A stretch of 52,186 nt of DNA, counting the filler, from Catajapyx aquilonaris (Eukaryota): the NCBI GenBank assembly GCA_000934665.2. It is 2 parts of 2 records of this genome, joined end to end, with 100 filler letters (N's around TTAATTAATTAA, not from the genome) between each part and the next. Parts side by side here need not be neighbours in the genome. Positions count along the whole stretch, not along the records: positions 26,168 to 52,186 come from JYFJ02005267.1; 1 more part is not named here. One strand, written 5' to 3'. Within the stretch, counting starts at the first letter, position 1; each line of letters starts with the position of its first letter. The translations under genes were made by a program, and so were the position numbers. Shown in pieces: positions 47,101 through 52,186 of this stretch. The notes under the pieces are model-generated. The model was not told the DNA's origin, searched no databases, and was given only the letters and a program-made list of their open reading frames with translations.

Positions 47101-50100
47101 AATACAGTAAAACTTCTATAAGTCAAATCTCCATGGGACCGGGAAAGAACTTCTAGTTATAGAAGATTCTAGTTAGAGACGTTTGGATTTTTTAAAGCAT
47201 AGAACTCTATAAGGAAGCCTACCTTTATATCCAGCGACGAAAGGTTTTCAAAACTTAAAAATAACTCTCACGATCACACGTACAATGTTCCTCGTTGTTT
47301 GGGTGTAAAAAAAACTCCGTGATGGACATTTGCCTACTCTTAGATTCAAAGATTCAATTGTCACAATTGAGTCAAACACTTCTTTTGGTACGTCTGGTAG
47401 ACAGAGATCAGAAATTGAGCCTTTCTGTACTATCGGGTTCAAATACTTTTGGCCACTTTATCCTGGTCTTGAAGCAACCCTTCACACACACACACACACA
47501 CACATGTTATAAAGTGCTATCCTTGTGAGGGTCTGGCAAAAATAAAAATTTAAAACTAACCTAACCTAACCTAACCTACAAAATACACACGAAATTTTGG
47601 TGACCTATTTTTTCACAGTAAAAAGGAGGTCTTGGTTTGATTTTCCGCCATCCTTGTGAGGACTGTGTACGTTATGAGGGCCTGAAAAAAGTCCTCGTAA
47701 GGTTTTCGGTCCTCACAAGGATAGGAAACTTGCGAAAAATATCCTCACAAGGATAGCAATGTCTGACCACACACACACACACACACATACACACGCCACC
47801 TTAACGTGGGGTATGTGCAAAGGGTTGCTTCAAGACCAGGATGTAGTGGCCAAAAGTATTTGAACCCAATATGTACATGTGGCCTACTCTCGACCCTTCG
47901 GCTGGGAAATGAGACAATTTTCCGTCCTCGCCAACATGAACTTCGACTTAGGGAGACTGAAAATGCGTTGATATCCCATCATAAGGCCTTCCCTGCACTT
48001 CGAGTTATGGAGAACTTTGAGTTATAGAAATTCGAGTTAGGGAAGTTTATTTCCTACTATTTTACATTGTGACCAACCAAGCTCATCATTTTCTTCGACT
48101 TATAGAGAACTTCGACTTAGGGAAGTTCGACTTATAGAAGTTATACTGTATTATTAGGAAAAACTTCAAATAAAAATTATTATGGTATACCTCAAAATCG
48201 ATCCCGGAAGAGATCCTTCATTGCTACTGAGGGCCTTAATGGATTTTTAATTCAAGGGTAGCACTATAGTGTAGTGATTAGTGCCTCTGAGGTCCCAAAT
48301 TCAATATGTAGTAGGTTGAGTGGAGGGTTTTTTCACGAGTTTTCTGAGGATTCTCCTATTTCCTCCCACTATCAATATTCATCACAGTGCAGACTGAATA
48401 GTCAGGTGTTGAAAGGAAGATTCCCTAAAAGGGCTCTCATGGGGTATCCTATAATTCAGGGCTATTCAACTACGAGGGTCGTTCGGAAATGATCCGCACT
48501 CGATTTTTTTTTGGCCACTACATGTACCAGCAGAGGCTGAATCACACTTGGGCTGCCTCAATGTATTCTCCACCGAGGTCGATGCACCGCTGCCACCTTC
48601 CTGGCAACTTCATGATCGTCTCACGGAACCAGTCTTTTGGTGCCCTCACCACCCAGTCATGGACAGCTCCTTGGAGCTCAGCTGCATTGGCAAATCTTCG
48701 TCCACGGAGGGGTTCCTTCATCTCGTCGAAAAGTCCGTAGTCAGAAGGTGCCAGGTCCGGGGAATAGGGTGGGTGTGACAACACAGTGTAACCCAGCTCG
48801 AGCAGTGTTTGTGTCGTTGTGCGGCTTGTGTGAGGCCGCGCGTTGTCGTGCAGGAGCAACACCTTTCGCGCCCATTTCCCCTTGCGCCGTTGCTGAATCC
48901 TCCGACGCAGACGATGCAGCAGGATGCAGTAGGTGGCACTGTTCACTGTGGACCCCTGCTCCAGCCAGTCCAGCAGAAGAATTCCCTGTGCATCCCAGAA
49001 CACTGATCCCATCCGCTTTCCGGCTGACGGGGCTGTCTTGAACTTCTTCGGCCTCGGACTGCCAACGTGTTTCCATTGCATCGACTGGCGTTTTTTCTCC
49101 GGTGTGTGGTTGGAACCAAGATTCGTCCCCAGTGACGAGTCTTGCAAAAAACCCTGCGGGATCTGCGTCATGAATTTCCAGTAACTCTCGGCACCTCTGG
49201 ACTCGCACCTCTTTCTGCTGCTGGGTGAGATCACGCGGAACCCAATGCGCGCACACTTTTTTAAAGCAAGATCCTCATGAATGATGACATGCAGGGTGGC
49301 CCGACCTAGGCCAGTGTCAAGTTCCAGTTCATCGAATGTGATTCGACGATTTTCCATGATCAAGTCGTTAACCTTCCCCACCATGACAGCTGTCCGAGAA
49401 GTCGACGGTCTGCCTACACTAACCCCCTTTTCCACTGTGGCATGGCCTGCCTTGAATGCCTGGATCCAGTCGTAAACTGTTCTGCGGCCTGGAGCCAGCA
49501 CTTCTCCACACACAGCCACAAGACGACGGTGAATGTCCGCTGCTGTCACACCGTCTTTCCACAAGAACCAGGCTGTCCACCGTTGGCCGTGATAGTCGCC
49601 CTCCATCTTGTCCACGCTAGTCGACACCCTCCCGCGTTTCAAGTGGCGCTGTCGCTGACCTGATGCGGTGATTATGGGAAACTTTTTACAGCGTGTAGGG
49701 TACAGTGGCCCCCACTGTTGAGATAAATACCAACTTCGTGCAGCCACGTATGCCGCGACAATAAATTGAGTGCGGATCATTTCCGAACGACCCTCGTAGT
49801 TTATTACAAGGTCCAGTATTTACCTTTTCTGGGCCACTGAAGGTNGACAACACTTTAGATCAACGCGGTTGCCCGGATTTACCCCCCCCCCCCCCCCCAA
49901 ATGGATTTTATATGGTACCACAGGGTTCATTTTTGAAAATATAAACATGTGCAGCAAGGGTGGAAGGGCCTATCAAGACAGGATGTATTAAGACATTTGC
50001 ACCCTTTATGATGTCCTGTACAGGCGCGTAGGCAGAATATTTTTTGGAGGGGGGCCCATTTCATAAGCACAAGGTGAACAAGCCGTAGAATTGGGGGGTT

Positions 50101-51101
50101 TCAAGGTGGTGAATGTGAGAGATTTGAATGGGTGTGTATTTGATGAAATTGGTGGAACTTTTTCCAAAAAATCATGAATTAGTAATTTCTAATGCTATTT
50201 CAAACGGTCATGTATATCGTCGCGGTCTGGACAAAGTCCGGTCCGTGGTCCGTCAGTTGAATAGCCCTGCCATAATTCTTCCATTCAGGAACTAATATTT
50301 AAAACTGCTAGAAGCAGTTGTTTGAAAATAACTGCTTAATAATAAGCCACTTAGTGCCAACATGAACATTTCAAGAGGAACGCTCTACTCATAGAAGTAA
50401 AACACCTTATCATGCTCTGGTTCCAACTTGTTATTAAATACAATAATTTAATTTTCACAGGGAATTCTTCGACAGAGTGATTTTATGCAACTCCTTAGTT
50501 TGGTCATGCTCAATGACCGGAAAATCAAATTTGACCTTTCAAGAGGCTCTTGATAGTGAGGATAAGGCCAGGCAGACTCTAGAAGACTTTACATTTGAGG
50601 TAAGGTTGTGATTTGGGATTTAATTTCTTGACTCATCATGTATGGTGCCATGTTTTTCAGATCAAGCTGCCATTACTATACTTGGCATCACTTACCAACA
50701 GAGGTCGCATGAGTGATGTGTGCGATGATGTGCTCTACTATGCACGGGATCGGTATTTCAAAGGAGAGCTTGTCCAGGGAGTGATAGATGATATTTGGTA
50801 AGTTAACCTTGAAGGAGAACTTATGGAATTAAAATTCATCACCATTAAATCTCAGTTAACTGAACTAATTATTGCCCATTTAATAAATGCAGTCACCTCA
50901 CTGTAGGTGGCAGTGGAACCAATCCTTTTGTGTGTGTGTAGGCAGGGTATTCATTCCCTGCATTTAATTTTGCTTATAGCGCTATCATGCCCAAAGACGA
51001 GAAAAATCACCAGTCATAATTCTGTATTTTCGAAACAACCAGTGTGACTTCTGAACACATGGGAGTGTTATGTTGGTGAAGGGAGAAGGCTGTGTTGGGG
51101 G

Positions 51102-51138
<37 letters not shown>

Positions 51139-51598
51139 CTGCATGGGCAGGTAGCTGTAAATACTAAATTGTCCATATGTAAACCTGCTTGTGTGGTTGT
51201 GTGAAAGTAATTCGAGATTATTCTTTTCAGGTGTACATGTCGAATTCTGAAGGTGATCCCTCCAGCACAAAATGACCTTATTGAATACAGAGCAGCTGAA
51301 ATGAGACAGGACAGGTGAGAATCATTAGTGCAGGACTTCTTCCTTTGTCTAACTCATGAGAATCATAATTAATAGCCCTGAAGAGAAAGGAAAGCTAGCT
51401 GATCGCAAGTTCTGGCCACCAGCATCTCTCTTCCACTATGAAGTGGAGGATCTGGACCCAGATGATCCATCCCAGACCATATTTTCTCTGGATGCAGGAT
51501 CTCTTAGAAGACCTAAAGGCTATCTCACTCGAGGGAAGGTGACACTGTACCTGAAGCAATGTATGAAATTCACCAAACAGGGAATCTTCACAATTAAG
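44133..51598 (+). CDS. BAZ1A: BAZ1A/Acf1 (bromodomain adjacent to zinc finger 1A), 3'-partial; exons 44133-44245, 50461-50599, 50661-50797, 51231-51314, 51376-51598
   Basis: WAC domain MPRLNRKPF...FYCRLTREAYRTYEEFFDRVILCNSLVWSCSMTGKSNLTFQEALDSE, then YARDRYFKGELV; GT-AG junctions phase-consistent. Confidence 0.93.
45256..45525. mobile_element. Foldback MITE, ~115-bp arms
   Basis: GAGAGCGCCATGAGACATCTCAGTCTCCGGATAAGTGGCGACCCTACCGGAC and its exact reverse complement. Confidence 0.9.
46200..46933. mobile_element. MITE with an internal ~119-bp hairpin (46715-46833)
   Basis: GAGAACCAGAAGTTGyTAAGTCCATTTTTG TIRs; inner TAACTCAAAAACTAGTAAGGGTGAAAGT inverted repeat. Confidence 0.75.
47105..48148. 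mobile_element. Three nested MITEs: Tigger-like outer (47105-48148), Tc1-like middle (47430-47873), (CA)n-flanked inner (~47505-47767)
   Basis: TIR pairs CAGTAwAACTTCTATAAGTC; GGGTTCAAATACTTTTGGCCACT; GCTATCCTTGTGAGG. Confidence 0.85.
48457..50269. mobile_element. hAT-like MITE hosting the mariner
   Basis: TIR CAGGGCTATTCAAC / GTTGAATAGCCCTG; 8-bp TSD CTATAATT / CCATAATT (1 mismatch). Confidence 0.8.
48473..49796 (-). mobile_element. Full-length mariner (DD34D) transposon, 1324 bp; transposase 49606-48542 with two compensating frameshifts
   Basis: Perfect 29-bp TIRs CGAGGGTCGTTCGGAAATGATCCGCACTC, TA TSD; motifs WVPR and VTGDESW (alternate frame), HDNARPH, HPPYSPDLAPSDY. Confidence 0.97.
51104..51133. 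repeat. (GA)n microsatellite
   Basis: Direct reading. Confidence 0.95.
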
Positions 51599-51870
51599 GT
51601 AGGGAGGAGGTGCACGTTATGATATTCAATCCTGCCATATGGGAATTATGCATGCGTAAGAATAAATTTTTTTGGCTGATGTATTATTTGTCCGCATCTC
51701 AGCAATGCGGGCAGGGTGGCTATTTTAGCCAGCCAAGCATCCAGGTCTGTGAGAAAGGTAAAAGTGACTGAGAGGGGAGAAAAATATTTAGGCTACATAT
51801 ATGACAACAAATTTGATGATTTATTTACCCCCAAAACATTCAAACAGGTGGAATACTTGTGTAGATTTAC

Positions 51871-52036
51871 CGAAGCAGGTTGGTGGAGTGGATAAGGCGT
51901 CCGACTGCTAATCGGGAGGTCCTGGGTTCGAGTCCCGGGGCCGGCGATCCTGACCGTGGTTTTCTGTGGTTTCCCATGGTCCTCCCAGGAAAATTCCGTA
52001 ATAATAGGCCACAGCCGCCCCCTTCCTTTCCTATCC
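51871..52036 (+). mobile_element. SINE family C, 5' portion
   Basis: Matches 40036-40215 including A and B boxes, then diverges. Confidence 0.85.
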
Positions 52037-52186
52037 TTGGCCCATCCATGGGGAGGTGCGGTGTCGGTGGGGGTGTCTGACCTGCACCTGGGTAAATCCA
52101 CGTGAAGGCGATCACTCATAAACCCTTACCTCACCGATTTTGAGGAAATTTGGTACAGTTGTAGGTCTCATTGAGATATGTAGCCA

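Noticed and set aside
49251..49266. Programmed -1 frameshift at A AAA AAG in the mariner transposase
   Set aside because: A second downstream indel would still break the frame; homopolymer slippage or sequencing error is the simpler explanation.
49607..49780. 58-aa N-terminal extension of the transposase
   Set aside because: The upstream ATG lies in the TIR; mariner homology starts at MEGDYHGQR (49606).

Overview
Eukaryotic genomic DNA, most likely arthropod (spliced genes, TTAGG-type repeats, dense transposons). An artificial 100-bp spacer (44 N + TTAATTAATTAA + 44 N, 26068-26167) splits it, so adjacency of the two halves is unproven. Left half: a phase-consistent 9-exon model (468-19900, +) for a ~663-aa coiled-coil/ankyrin/SOCS-box (ASB-like) protein, followed by a diverged tandem paralog (23446-24718, incomplete). 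The 10-kb first intron holds an internally deleted Helentron/Helitron2-like element whose PIF1-type helicase C-terminus is fused in frame to a USP (peptidase C19) deubiquitinase domain; this is the most unusual object here. Right half: the 3' ten coding exons of a KCTD3/SHKBP1 orthologue, a frameshifted mono-ADP-ribosyltransferase (PARP-like) domain, and the first five coding exons of BAZ1A/Acf1. Introns and intergenic DNA contain many MITEs (Tc1/mariner, Harbinger, hAT, piggyBac, Merlin-like), three tRNA-derived SINE families, a full-length frameshifted mariner, and LINE and NeSL/Utopia fragments. All calls are by eye; no database searches were run.
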